64,000 bases of DNA from Chrysomallon squamiferum (Eukaryota; Animalia; Mollusca). Location of the stretch: positions 7,378,001 to 7,442,000 of the forward strand of contig CM022666.1 of the NCBI GenBank assembly GCA_012295275.1. Reading direction: 5' to 3'. The notes beneath the pieces are model-generated. The model ran no database searches. It saw only the letters and a program-made list of their open reading frames with translations, and had not been told where the DNA came from. Shown here piece by piece: positions 1 to 13,802 of this stretch; position 1 is the stretch's first letter; every line of letters begins with the position of its first letter. The translations under genes and the position numbers were made by a program.

Positions 1-67
1 CTCGAGTAGAATTACCTCGTATGGAAACTGGTTTTTTCCCTTAATAATAATAATAATGATGATGATC

Positions 68-122
<55 letters not shown>

Positions 123-141
123 TAAGCAACAACAGCAACAA

Positions 142-180
<39 letters not shown>

Positions 181-584
181 ATGCTGGACGAATTAATTTT
201 ATGACAGAACTGACGAATGAGCTATAAGAAATAAATAATTTTAGACCACTAGTTGGAACGTGAAATTGTCTGATAGTTCCTGCATCAACCACAGTTACAG
301 ACTGATATCAATACTATTACTACCACTACAACCACTATTTCTACGACTACTGTGAATACTATTAATACTCCTATTATTACTGCTGCTGCTACCACCACCA
401 CTACCACTACTACAATACTATTTCTATTACAACTACTACCACATCCACTATTAATAATATTGATAACCAACCACAGTATAGTCCGCTTTTAATACAATTA
501 CTATTGCCATTATTACCACAACCACTACCACTATACTACTACTACTACTACTACTATTACTACTACTACTACTACTACTACTAC

Positions 585-625
<41 letters not shown>

Positions 626-1635
626 AACTACCATTTATTACTGCTAATACTACTACTACTACCACTTATTACTACTACTACTAATACTACTAATAATAAT
701 AACTTTAGCTTAGTAATTAGAATACCCTCTCTAGGCGCCTATTAATTCATTTACTCTTCCAAAACTAATCCAAGAATTTTTTCTCTGTTACGTGTTTTCT
801 TGACTATATGAAAACAAATTAAAAGAATCGTTGATTTTGTTCGATGAGGCTAACATTCGAATTGTCACCGCCGTTACACACAATGCGTACGTCTGTTGCA
901 CCTACATTACGTGCACTGCGATGTTGTTAAACAAATATTTTATTCGTTCAGGCCTTTATTGAAAGCAGTATAAAACATGCGCCAAGCATGCCAGACAAGC
1001 CGTGTTAAAGAAACTGATATAAAAACACCACAGACGCGTTCAATGGTAAAAGTCAATCCGCCGATCGATGGTTGCCAGTAGCAACCAGTATGTGTGAGGC
1101 GTATCTAATTAATATCTGCAAGAGTCGACAAGTCTTCATTGTTGGTCAGTGTGTCTGTCTCTTTCTCTGTCATTGTGATTTCTGTTTGTATGTCTTTTTT
1201 CTTCTGTGTTTCAGTTCTTTCACTGTTATTTATTTTTTATTTTTTATTTTTTATTTTTTATTTTTTGTTCGTTTTTTTCCTTTCTTTCGATCTTTAATTC
1301 TTTTTGTGAAGACATTTTCCCATTTAATCTATAAGTATATATATATGTATGCAGTATGTCTGTGCATGTGTATATATATATATACATATGTATATGTGTG
1401 TGATATGTATGTGTGTATGATATGTATGTGTGTGTGATATGTATGTGTGTATGTATGTGTGTGTGTCTGTGTGTGTTTGTGAATGAGTGTGTTTGTTATT
1501 TTTGTTGTCTGACGTTTTCTCAGTTCTTATTTATTTTAATTTATCCATCTTTACCTTGATATGTCAGACTAACTTGCTAATTAAGTTGCTAACCAGAGCA
1601 GATAATTCTGTATGCATCACATACATTTAAGGATT

Positions 1636-1670
<35 letters not shown>

Positions 1671-2107
1671 TTTTATAGCCCTGTAATTCGTGTTTGTTAA
1701 TCTCTTCTATTATTCTTTCATTTATTTTCATTTTTATAAACGTTAATTTCCAAAATATGTCTAATTGTCTGTCTCTTTATCCATCCATCTGTATATCTGT
1801 CTGTATGTCTGTGTGTATATATGTCTATCATTATCTCTGTCTATTTATTGTGGTTCTTGTTATTTTTCATTTCAATTTTATTTTATTTTTCAAAAAGTAA
1901 TATTTATTATTAATTTTTTTTTTTAATTTTTTTTAGTTTTATATTATTTTTTTTTAATTTTATTTTATATTATTTTATTTTATTTTATTTATATATTTTT
2001 TTTAATTTTATATTATTTCTTTTTATTTTATTTTATATTATTTTATTTTATTTTATTTTATTTTATATTATTTTATTTTATTTTATTTTATTTTTTTTTT
2101 TTTTCAG

Positions 2108-2687
2108 CGATGTCGCTTGACGACACAATCAGCAGCACGCTGCAGAACGTGTACAGAAAACACGGACAGGAACACACAGGACGCACGTGCAATCTGGAGC
2201 GAAACCTGCCGCTTAAAGAACCGTACTTCATTATCAAAAGAGTTCCACGTTTCCGGGTCAGGGCGGATCTCCATACAGATCTCAACCCTGCTTACATACC
2301 CCTATCTAGGTATTACTGTTACTACTACTACTATTACTATTGCTACTATTGCTATTATTACTACTGCTACTGCTGTCGATGCTAATACTATTACTACTAC
2401 TAATGTCTATACTGATATTAATATTAGTACTAATACTAATACACAAATAAAATAATTCTATAACCACCAATTGTTTATAATACTATTGATATTAGATCTG
2501 CTGTTTCTTTTTTAGTATTATTATTACTACTGTCCATTTGTGTGTTGTTATTTTTGGGGTTTGGTTTACTTCCTTCCTTTCTTTCTTCTTTCCTTCCTTC
2601 CTTCCTTACTTACTTACTTACTTACTTATTTATTTATTTACTTTTATTTATTTACTTTTATTTATTTATTTATTTATTTATTTACTT

Positions 2688-2738
<51 letters not shown>

Positions 2739-5035
2739 TTTTTTTCAGATTAGAAGCAGCCAGTGTGGATGACTTGATTTCTCCCAAGCCTAATGGTTGT
2801 CGAAAAATTCTCCTCGAGGGAGATATTGGCGTGGGAAAGACAACTCTTTGCTACAACATACTACACAGATGGGAAAAGTTCCTGAACGAGAAAACAGACG
2901 AAGCTATCAGCATTATCATCTACATTGACTGTGCCACACTTGAACCATTAGAATCAGACACGTGTATTGTTACTCACACGTTGATTGGTTATCTCGCGCA
3001 GGAAGGAGTTAACCTTTCGTACAAAGCCGTGTCCGATTGGCTGGAGGCTAACGGAAATGACGTCGAGGTGATGTTCGACAATGTAACCAGATCGCCAGCG
3101 ATTATGGATCGTATTGTGAACATAATGAACCGTCCGAACATGCTGTTCTCCAGAGTCACCGTGGTGACGTCAACTGGTCTGATGACGAAAGACCTGTTTG
3201 ACACCCTGTACTACTGTTACGGAATGAATCCGGATTACAGCAACAAGGTTTTGTTCAGACAGCTGAAAAAGGCTTCGGATAAGCCCGAGGAGAAGATGGC
3301 CTCGTTGCACAAGCTGGACTGCCAGCAGGAATTCAACAGAAACCCTCTCTCGCTGTCTGCGGTGATCTCGTACCTCAACTCCGTGGACAACGGCGTGACG
3401 CCGAGACACAAGTACGACCTGCTGAGGGGGATTGTAAGAATGGCGGTCCCAGAGACTCTTCAGCGCCGAGCCGAGACGAACATCAAAGTGGACATTCAGC
3501 ACTGCACGGACATTCTCGCCGAGAAAGCTTTCCACAGCATGTCAGACCGCGACCACAACCTTCACAGAGAGAGCTTCCCGCAGTGGTTCCGAGGACAGCA
3601 CCTTTGCGACTTCTGCTTCGTTCACGACATCCACGGCCCGTTAACGGCTACGACAACGACGAAGTTCTCCTTCACGTCGAGATGTTTCCGCGACTTCTTC
3701 GCGGTTCAGCACGCAGTGACTCTTCTCAAGATTCCCTCTCAGACTGAGTCGGTTCTGAAACGACTGATGGAGGAGAAATCCTTTCTGCCTCTCTTGAGCC
3801 TCTGCTGCCGGCAGCTGAAGCTTTGCGGACACGAAGATCTTCTGCGGCGAATGTTCCTGTCGATGATAAAGGAAGTGCAGAAGAGATTCGTTTCCATACA
3901 GTCATCGGACCACACCATCACGAAAGGACTGCTCCGACATTTCGGCAGAATCCTCAACTGCCTTCACGAGCTGGAGTTTCAGAAGGAGCACTGCGAACTG
4001 ACGGCCAAGTCTTTCCCGCACATCTTGGAGTTCTCCTTCCAGGACTGCTCGAAGCGGACGATCGAGGACTTGTCGGACCTGATAGCGCACACAGAGGACA
4101 AAATGAACTTCGTCACGAGCGGAATCGTCCTTCACCTTGACGGAATGGCCAGCGGCGTCTCCGAAGCGGTCCGCCTGGCGGGAGCGTTGAACGAAATGAC
4201 GTCGCTCACCACGCTGATGATCAGTGCCGTCAATATAGCCGAGACAAGTTTTTTCGTTGGTTTTCTGTGCGATATTTTTCAAGACAATTCTCACATTGTG
4301 AACCTCACAGTGAGAGGGCCCATGAACAGCGTGCACAACCTGACTGCGGAAAATCACAGACGAGTAAGATCAGTCTTCCATAAAGGAAACTCTCTTCGGA
4401 GTTTAACCATCGAAAATTTCCAACACCAGCACAAAGCCGCTTACGTCATTCGTTGTTGGCCGGCCATTTTCGACAAACTGGAGATTCAGAAATGCAACCT
4501 GGAAGCCTCGGCTCCGGACTTGGTGAACAAAATCAGCCAATCATCAACCCTGTCTCTGCTGTGTCTCGATTTCTGTTACATTCCGCCTTCAAAGCTGATC
4601 GCCGTTCTGCAGGCGTTGGCGTCTTGTCCCACGTTGCGGTCGTTGCAGCTGAACACGCTGTCCGCCAAAAGAAAGTTCAACTCCACCGATCTGAACACGC
4701 AACATTTCCGATTCTCCATGACGCAAGAAGTGTGCGAGGTTCTCAAGTCGTTGATAGAAAACTCGAAAACTCTGACTGACCTCTCGCTGTGTCAAAACGG
4801 TCTTGAGGAAAAAGCCGCTGTGGTCTTGGATGCGGCAGCAGCATGCAGTTCACTGCAGTCGCTGGATTTGACCGGAAATAAAATCACCGATAACTTGCGA
4901 GAGAACGTCACTATGGTGATTATGACGCGACACGTCAGACGGTTGATTCTCGGAAGTAATTCTTTCACGGCTGAAGGTAGAAAAGCAATTATCAAAGCCT
5001 CGATAGAAAGAGACGATTTGCAGTTGAGTGTGTGA
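2108..5035 (+). CDS. NLR-like protein (NACHT NTPase + C-terminal ribonuclease-inhibitor-type LRRs); exons 2108-2309 and 2749-5035; N-terminal exons unresolved
   Basis: Acceptor ttttcag|2108, donor ag|gtatta at 2309 (phase 2) and acceptor tttttcag|2749 join in frame (...AYIPLS-R-LEAASVDDLI...). Walker A 'ILLEGDIGVGKTTL', GxP-like 'NPLSLSAV', winged-helix-like 'KFSFTSRCFRDFFA', LRRs 'TLTDLSLCQNGL', 'SLQSLDLTGNKI', 'VRRLILGSNSF'. The first ~70 aa of track ORF 2540-5035 are intronic (ttta)n. Confidence 0.9.
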
Positions 5036-5696
5036 TCTTAGCAACAACAGAAAAATAGAACCAGTGCTGTGATACCGATTATTCATTCTATTTTCATTGT
5101 TATTACTTTTTATTTAATTATTTATTTATTTATTTTTTTTTTTTTTTCATTTGTTGTTCTTCTTCTTCTACTTTTTCTTATGATTATGATTATTATTATT
5201 ATTATATTGTTATTATTATTATTAATAATTTTATTATTATTTATTTATTTTGTTTTTACTTTATTTATTTATTTATTTATTTATTTGTTTAGCAATGATT
5301 ATTGTTGTTGTTATTCTTCTTCTTCTTATTATTATTATCAGTTATTATTATTATTGTTATTATTATTATTATTGTTATTATTATCATTATTGTTGTTAAT
5401 ATTATTATTATTATTTGTTTATTTATTTATTTATTCACTGTGCTTGTTTAGTTCTTTGTTTCTTAATCACAATATGACAATGAATTCAGACAATGGACAT
5501 ACGTATTCGTTACTATGCACAACTATTTAAAACAATGTTTTATGATAATCAAATCATTTTTATCTTTTATTTAAGAATGAAAAAATGAAATGAAAGAAAA
5601 ACCAAGGCGTTTTGTTGTTGTAGTTCTTTCTACACGTATTTGGTGCCAGCGAAATATCTAAATACATCCTGTGTATTTCCAAACAGTAGCAGGTGG

Positions 5697-5776
<80 letters not shown>

Positions 5777-5932
5777 GCTATCTGTAATTTTAATATCATA
5801 ATTTTAGTTTATTTGCTTTACTATCTTGTTTTATTAATATTTTTCCTTTTTCACGATAATTCTTCATATTTTCATTTTTTGAAAAAAAAAAAATAATAAT
5901 AATAAATAAAATTAAGCAGATTATCCTGAATC

Positions 5933-6031
<99 letters not shown>

Positions 6032-6924
6032 GTAATTTGTACATACCGTTATATTTTGCAAATCATTTATTTTTTAATATATTTTCAAGCAATTGTGCAC
6101 ATACCCCAATACAGCAACAAAACAACAAAACGTTATTATCTTTTAGAAAAAAAGAGCATTTATTTCATCTACAAATTAAAATGACAAACAATCGATGAGC
6201 AAACAATGAAATATCTGCGATTATTTTTTTTAAATAATAATAATAATAGAACATAATAATAATAATAAAAAAAACATAATAATAATAAAAATAATAATTA
6301 ACTTTAAAAATTTATTATTCTATTTATACGTGTTGTAATTATATACAAGAAACTCAATAAATTACACAATGAAAAAATTTAACTAGAAATGACATGTACT
6401 TTTATCTCAACTCACGCTAACAAATGGGTGGTTGGATAATTAATTATTGACGAAAAACACATCATACAAGTATCAAGGTATCTAATAACAGGCGCACTTA
6501 CGCACAACACGCACGACCGACAGACATCCATCTGCATTCATTCACGCAAGCCCAAATGTGAGTATGTCTTTGGAATATCACAAAATGAATTGTATCTAAT
6601 AGTTCACGCCAGTTATATGTTTACATCATTGTGCGACAAGCATTTTTAAATCTGATGATCTAAGTTATCTCCCTTCGACTGGCATAAATTATCGCCCTTC
6701 TATATATGACGATTTATAGTAAGAAATATAATTGTCTATGAATCTTAAATAATAATAATAATAATAATAATAATGTTTTTAAAATGTTAAAAATTTACAA
6801 AAGAGAGAAAAACAGGATGCTATGTAAAAGATCGAGGGAGACATTTATAACAGAAAAACGTATGTGGGAAAACAAAACGAATGAAATCATAAAATGTTGC
6901 CCTATGTTTGCAATAGCACCACAA

Positions 6925-6979
<55 letters not shown>

Positions 6980-7515
6980 TAATAGACATATAGAAGAATC
7001 TCAAATTTTAAAAAATTAAATAAATTAAATTAAATTAAAACTTAAATTTAATTGATAAACAGTATATTTAAAAATAAAAGAAATTTAAAAAAAACAAAAA
7101 CAGGTTTCATGCTATTCGAATTATCTCCCTTAACAAAGTTATTAGCTTATTTTATAGTAGTAGTAGTAGCAGTAGTAGACGTTGTAATAGTAATAGTAAT
7201 CACTGAGAAATTAAAATACGTCGTCACATATTAAAAATTAATAATAAAAATAAGAGTAATAATAAAAAAAATTATAATAAGAAATAAATTATAAATATTA
7301 ATGGCTGAAGGAGCCGCTATAATATATAACGGAGTTGTAACTGTAAATAAGCATCAATACTTTCAGCTATTTTCGCTATCATGTGAGATTCATTACAAAT
7401 TAATAGTAGGAGGGGGGAAACGGTCACACTTTCGAAAACTGAGATCATAGGTATACAAAGTCTTTCTTCTTCATATTCTTTCCATAATGTTATTTCACTA
7501 TCGTCATTCACATTT

Positions 7516-7556
<41 letters not shown>

Positions 7557-7661
7557 TAAGAAAAATAACAATAATAAAGTTTGTTCGTACTCTTCTACAG
7601 TAAAACTACGGCCCGCCAACGATTAACTCTTCCATGACGTCATCGATGACGTTTTCACATT

Positions 7662-8634
7662 TTATTGGCTGACAAGCTGGTTACCGCCACTGGGGCGACC
7701 GCGTCGTTTGTGGTGGATGCGGCGATGATGGGGGCGGCCATGTCTCGGGTACTGTCGTGGATAATCGGAACCAATCGTAAACTGAATGTATCTTCGTCGT
7801 CTCGATTTCTGCGCACTGTTAAGGTACGCCGTTACTGAAAAACAAATGACGGGAAATTGTGACGTAAATTAATTAATAAAATGTGAAACAATAAACAAAA
7901 TAAACGGATTAAAATTTACAAAGACTGAGTATTAAACAAAATAATTTATACTACGAGTGTATTAAAAGACTGGGTCTCTACGAAAATAACTATTATTTTC
8001 TGCAAAATCTTCCTGCCTATAAATTATTAACATAATAATTGACAAAATAAAAAATAATAATAATAATAAAAAAAAATGTACGGGGGTTAAATAAATAATT
8101 AATAGAGCAACTGTTAACAAATGTGCCTTAGTGTTTACGGTGTGCGTGTGTGTGTGTGTGCATTTGTCTATAAAGAAGAAAAATTGGTCGACAAAAATCA
8201 GAAACGAGCAACGACGTCCCTACGTCTCCGACTTGTAATATAGATAATAATTTAAAATAATAATAATAATGATAATAGTAATAATGATAGTAATAATGAT
8301 AGTGATAATAATAATAATGATAATAATAATAGTAATAATTATAGTAATAATGATAGTAACAATAATAATAATAATAATAATAATAACAATAATAATAATA
8401 CAACAATTATTAAAAAATAATAATAATAACAATAACAATAAAAATAACAATAACAATAACTATAATAACAATAACGTTTTAAAACTTACACCTAGCTGCA
8501 GCCTGTGACAGTTCTGTTTCCAGCTGTGCCTCGTCGATGTTTTCGATCTCTGAGAAAACGGGGACAGACACCACCAACTGACTGAACAGAAGCACGGACA
8601 AACAGACGGCAAACATTACTTTGAACAGATCCAT
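7662..8634 (-). CDS. Small secreted prepropeptide (105 aa), candidate antimicrobial peptide or neuropeptide precursor; coding exons 8634-8490 and 7834-7662
   Basis: Acceptor cattttcag|8637, ATG at 8634, donor t|gtaagt at 8490 (phase 1), acceptor gtttttcag|7834, TAA at 7664-7662 overlapping AATAAA. Product: MDLFKVMFAVCLSVLLFSQLVVSVPVFSEIENIDEAQLETELSQAAARLTAYLNSAQKSRRRRYIQFTIGSDYPRQYPRHGRPHHRRIHHKRRGRPSGGNQLVSQ. Both exons are GC-rich islands in AT-rich DNA. Confidence 0.8.
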
Positions 8635-8753
8635 TATCTGAAAATGCAATTAAGCGATATTAAATTTCTCACTCCATCTCTAATTATTATCATCATTATC
8701 AATTTTTCTTTTCAATTTCTAAATTCTTTAACTTTTTAGTATTATTATTATCT

Positions 8754-8805
<52 letters not shown>

Positions 8806-10024
8806 GTTTCGCGCAAAGTATATAGATACTGACAGACAGACTAACTGATAAATAATACGTGTATTGCACGTGCAGGTTTAATTAATTTCGCTCATAGAAT
8901 TTCAATTTAAAAAAAAGAACGAATGCGTAAAAATAATGGTTTAATGCAGTTTTTCGTGTGTGTGTGTTTTATTTATCCATTTATTTTTTATTTTATTTTA
9001 ATTTAGATTAGTTTAATTTTAATTTATAGTTTGGAGTTTTGTTGGGTTTTTTTCCCCTTTATTTCACTAAAATAATTAAAAATGAACAACCAAATGTAAA
9101 ACGAAAAGGAAAAACAAAAAATTAAATTAGATTACTATGGATAAATATAATTTTATTTTTCATTTACTTGTAAAAAAATAATTTAAAAATTAAAAATGTA
9201 GCGCAAAGAGAGAATAACAAAAACAATTTAAAATGGACATTATTTAATAATACTCTTAAAATGTGCTTGCATTGAAGTTATGTTATTACTATTTCAATTT
9301 CAAAGATGAGGGAAACAATTTTAAAATTCTGCTCAGAAGAAGTTAGCGACAATTAAAAAATTAAAAAAAAGAAAAGAAAAAGAAAAGAAAAAGGCGTTCA
9401 AACCGTGTTAAGCAAAATGCGGGCGTAAATTGTTTTAGTTTAAATTTGAATCATTTGCTTTTAAACAAAAAAAAAAAAGAAAAGAAATAATAATTTTTAA
9501 AAAGTGTAAAAAGCAAAATTCAGATATAAGAAAAGAACAAAATTGAAATAAATTGACAAGCTGAACAAGGATTTTTGACATTGAAACCAAGTCACACCAG
9601 TTCCGAGCGCAAAAGTGAAACTTTTAGATTTTTGAGAAAAGAAAAATTTTAAAATTATATATAATAAAAATAAAATAACTAAAATAAATATAAAATAAAA
9701 CAACTGTAAACATTTTTTTTTATCTCGTTCAAACTATTTCACATCAAATCGAAAAGTAAAAATGTCACTTTTGAGAAGAAAAAGAAAAAAAAGAAAAAAA
9801 CGATAAAATTTAATAACCTATCTAAAAATAATAATAATAATAGTACTCAATAACTAAATAATACTTACAAATTACATAAAGACGACAAAGAAAGAAAAAA
9901 AAAAAATGACACGAAGAAGAAAAAAAAAATCTACACCGGTAAAAATTTAGTCATTTCTTTTCATTTTTAATTTTATTTCTTTTTTTTCTTTTTTAAGTCA
10001 AAATTTAATTAATAACAAAATAAT

Positions 10025-10510
10025 ACTTACAAATCACAGACAGACGACAAAGTTCTAACCACAAGAAGTTGTCTCGTTACGACAAACTAAAACAAACCAG
10101 CTTACGTCTGCTGAAAAAAACGCGCGCTCTGATCGAGGGGACGGGGTACCGGCTTAAACAGCTGATTTCGCCGAATGATCAGCTGGGAGCATGTTGCAAG
10201 CCTTTTTATTACCGACCTCCGGAAAACCGCAAACCAACAAACAACCATTCATTCGGTAATTAAATCCCCATAAATCATTTTGTTTGCGAAGTCCCGTGTC
10301 AGCGGACCGTACAGCTGAGCTGAATGGCCGCTTTAACGCGGAGCTTTGTTAATCAGGCCAAGCTACCTTATTTGGAAACTGCCGCCTCCGACCACGTGTA
10401 CCGGCTTCTTTCTGATTGGCCGATATCGGGGCGTTGCTTGGGGGTGTGTGTCAGAAACTACAATGGGCAAAGGTGAAGGTCGTTCTAGCGATCAGCTGTT
10501 CGGGAATGAT
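10025..10510 (-). promoter_or_regulatory. Probable non-coding first exon and promoter of the prepropeptide gene
   Basis: Minus-strand donor gtaagta (tacttac, ~10024-10030). Upstream is a CpG-rich stretch with a TATA-like taataaaaagg (~10201-10211), four CAGCTG E-boxes (~10159, 10180, 10312, 10493) and a CCAAT box (gattggcc ~10414). Confidence 0.45.
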
Positions 10511-10908
10511 CCTGACCTGTTTCTCTTGTTTGCTTCTTTTTTTTTTTTTTTTTTTTTTTTGTTTTTAAATCTTTTCTTCTTTGTGTAAAGAAGCCTACGA
10601 TAATGGGATTGGGGAGGGGGGCAGGGAGAACGATAAAAAAAATAAAAAATAAAAAATTCTGCGTTGTTAGCAAAGTTTAGAGCAAAACGAACTTGTTTTC
10701 TAACTGCACCTTCATTTTTCGCGCAGAGTGCACCAGAGAACTGAGGGAATAATAATTTATTTTCCAAGAAACGCGGAACTTGTGTTGTTTGTGCTCCGAT
10801 ATTTACGTAGCTTTGCCGAAAACAGGACATAAAAAAAAAAAAAAGTTAATTACTTAACCTTACTTTTTCAAAGTACGGATGTACCTTTTTTATGTATATA
10901 TGTGTGTA

Positions 10909-10967
10909 TGGATATTATTTGGTTTGGGATCCGCGCTTTCGTCTAGTAGTAATTTAGAAGAAAACAA

Positions 10968-11010
<43 letters not shown>

Positions 11011-12150
11011 TTTTTCATTATAACTTACCTGTGAATAACATGACAAGTACATACACACTGTCTGTCTGTCTGTCGGACCGTTTATCTATCTATCTATCTT
11101 TCTATCTATGTCTATCTATCTATATCTATAATATGTATATGCGTATGCGTGTGTATATCTCTATATATATATATATATATATTATATATATGCATATGTA
11201 TTGTGGATATATGTGCGTATGTATGTGTTTGTGTGAATATGTGTGTATTTATGTATTATTTTTGTATACGTGTATATGTGAATAAATAAAATAAAAGTGC
11301 TATTATCAGTTTCGTGAAAAACAACGTACATACATGCTGATCCATACTACATCAACAACTTCGTAAACTCGTATTTTCGTTCGACTTAACCTCGTTATTA
11401 CGAAATGATTATACTGGAGATTAACGCGTTTGTGACTATTCTTGGTAATTCATGTAGGTGTAAAAACCAAAATAAAATGTTTATTATTTATTCGGCTTAG
11501 ATTTAAGTAATTAAAAAAATATATAAGATCATTCATTATTAGAAAGTAAGAAATGAAATCTGTATATCTACAAATACTTCAGGGAATGTACTAGCAATAT
11601 TTGTATGCGTTAACAAAAATTATTTATTGCTTACATAAGGAATAACAATTTTTTTTTTTTTTTTTTTTTCACCTCTCCGATTTTTAAGGAAACCTTTCTG
11701 GGGACATTTTCGTTTAGGTGTGTATGTACGTGTGTATATCTCTCTGTATGTGTGTTGGTGATTATGATCTGTGTATGTGTTTTAGGATTTGAATATTCTC
11801 TGTCTTATGTACTATGTCTGAATAGACTCTGCACATAGACAATATTCGGGAAGGTAATGACAGAGGAGGACAAAATTCAAGCACGATCTCACATCCCCGT
11901 CAGATGCCGCTGACGAGACTCGAACTCCCATTCGCTCGCACTCCGAAGGCGGACGATGTTACCGTTCAGTCATCAAGACAACGTTATGTGTATATATGTA
12001 TGTATGTCTGTATTTTGCATGTTTTTGTTCATGTGTGTGTATATGTATATTTGTATGTATGTATGTATGTATTAGTGTATGCGCGCGCACACACACACAC
12101 ACACATATATTATAGATATAGATATAGATAGATAGATAGACATATATATT

Positions 12151-12184
<34 letters not shown>

Positions 12185-12256
12185 AACAAACGGTCCGACA
12201 GACAGACAGTGTGTATGTACTTGTCATGTTATTCACAGGTAAGTTATAACGAAGAA

Positions 12257-12299
<43 letters not shown>

Positions 12300-12363
12300 T
12301 TTATTTTGTTTTCTTCTAAATTACTACTAGACGAAAACACGGCTCTCAAACCAGATAATTCCA
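10909..12363. mobile_element. Foldback / long inverted repeat element (arms ~10909-11270 and ~11990-12363, ~700-bp spacer)
   Basis: Left arm 'ttcgtctagtagtaatttagaagaaaacaaaat(aat)n...taacttacctgtgaataacatgacaagtacatacacactgtctgtctg...ggaccgttt' is the reverse complement of right arm 'aaacggtccgacagacagacagtgtgtatgtacttgtcatgttattcacaggtaagtta...(tat)n...ttttgttttcttctaaattactactagacgaa'. Confidence 0.7.
11770..11975 (-). mobile_element. Degenerate tRNA-derived SINE-like head inside the foldback spacer
   Basis: Minus strand reads gatgactgaacggtaacatcgtccgccttcggagtgcgagcgaatgggagttcgagtctcgtcagcggc, with A-box-like and B-box-like (gagttcgagtc) Pol III motifs at tRNA spacing and no intact cloverleaf. 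Confidence 0.4.
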
Positions 12364-13751
12364 GTTTAAACCACTTCACAAGCAAGAAAACTAACACTGA
12401 AAAAGTAACAGCCAAAAGAATAAAAAATTATATAAAAAAATAGATAAATTTAAAAGTAATTAACCGAATTTCTGAAATTTGTGTGTAGTTTTATTTTTAT
12501 TTCATTTTTTTTTTTTTTTTTTATCTGAACGTGTTCTAGCAGATTCAGTCTGTAATTAACTCTAATTTTTTTTTCTTCTTTTTACTTTATTTTTTACGAC
12601 TAACGTTTATGCATAACGAACAAAAAAATAAAGATATATGTTTAAGACATTTTCTAAACAAGAGTAGTAAGTAGTAGTAGTTGTTGTTGTTGTAATAGAA
12701 GTGGTAATATTTTAATTATTAGGTGGTGGTCGCAGATCGTATTATTTTACACAAATATTAAAAGAGAAGAAACCCGATGTGTTAGCAAGATATATTCTGT
12801 TACAAGTAATTTCTCAAAGATACAGTCTCTGGTTAGAATGGGAAAATGAAGAAGAGAATAGAACTTTCCAGTTATTCACACCATTCTTGTAATTTAATTA
12901 TTAAAAACAATATTTATCCAGTTACGTCATCACATACTTTTCCGAGTGTTACGTTAATTATAATATATAAACATTAGCTAATTTTAACTTTACACAGAGC
13001 AACAGGAATTAATCTGTTATGAAAACTTTCCAAACTTGAAATTAAATGAACTCATTGATGGATATATTTAAAAAAAAAAAAAGGGTACAAGAAAGATCTA
13101 AAGCAATAGAAAAGAAAAACTAGAACAAATATAAAAAGGGAAAAGGGGTAAAAAAAGAAAAAAGGAAGGAAAGAAAACGAAAAGAAAGAAAGAAAGAAAG
13201 AAAGAAGTAGGAAAGACAGACAGAAAAAGAAGTTGGAAAGAACGAAAGAATGAAAAAGCTTATTCGGCATTTTCAATGGCTAGCTGAAACTCATTTGAGA
13301 AACGCGCGGTATTTCGCGCCCAGTTGTTTTGATGGCGTTTCACAAACAAAGAACAGTCAGAATGTGACGGTGTTGATGTTCACGTAATGGCAGCCCCATC
13401 AGGAAACATTTAGCGCGTGTGCAAATATTTCAAATCCGTTCACCTTCGCTTTTAACCTTGAAGTTCGGCGAAGGCCAATTCACTGATGTATTCTCCAAAT
13501 TCCTGTTTGGCATATTTCGTTTACTTGATAAAGTTTTGTTTTCATATTCTTACGTAATGAGATACTTTTCTTAATGATTATTTTTCAGATCTTTTTCTCT
13601 CTCTCAAACTCCTTCAAACATGCGCCATTTTATTTTATATTATTTTATGTACGAACTTCTGAAATTTTAAAACAGCTTATAATGGGACGTAAAAACAAGC
13701 TGTAAAAAAAATATGTTTGTCATACAATTTTATGGAAATACTATCTGTCAG

Positions 13752-13802
<51 letters not shown>

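Noticed and set aside
951-1090. Possible upstream exon of the NLR gene
   Set aside because: There is a good acceptor, but all three frames hit stops. An ATG at 977 would need a weak donor (g|gttgcc) to join exon 2108. Not supportable without transcripts.
2989-5086. Antisense and alternative-frame ORFs overlapping the NLR exon
   Set aside because: Expected shadow ORFs of a GC-rich coding exon.
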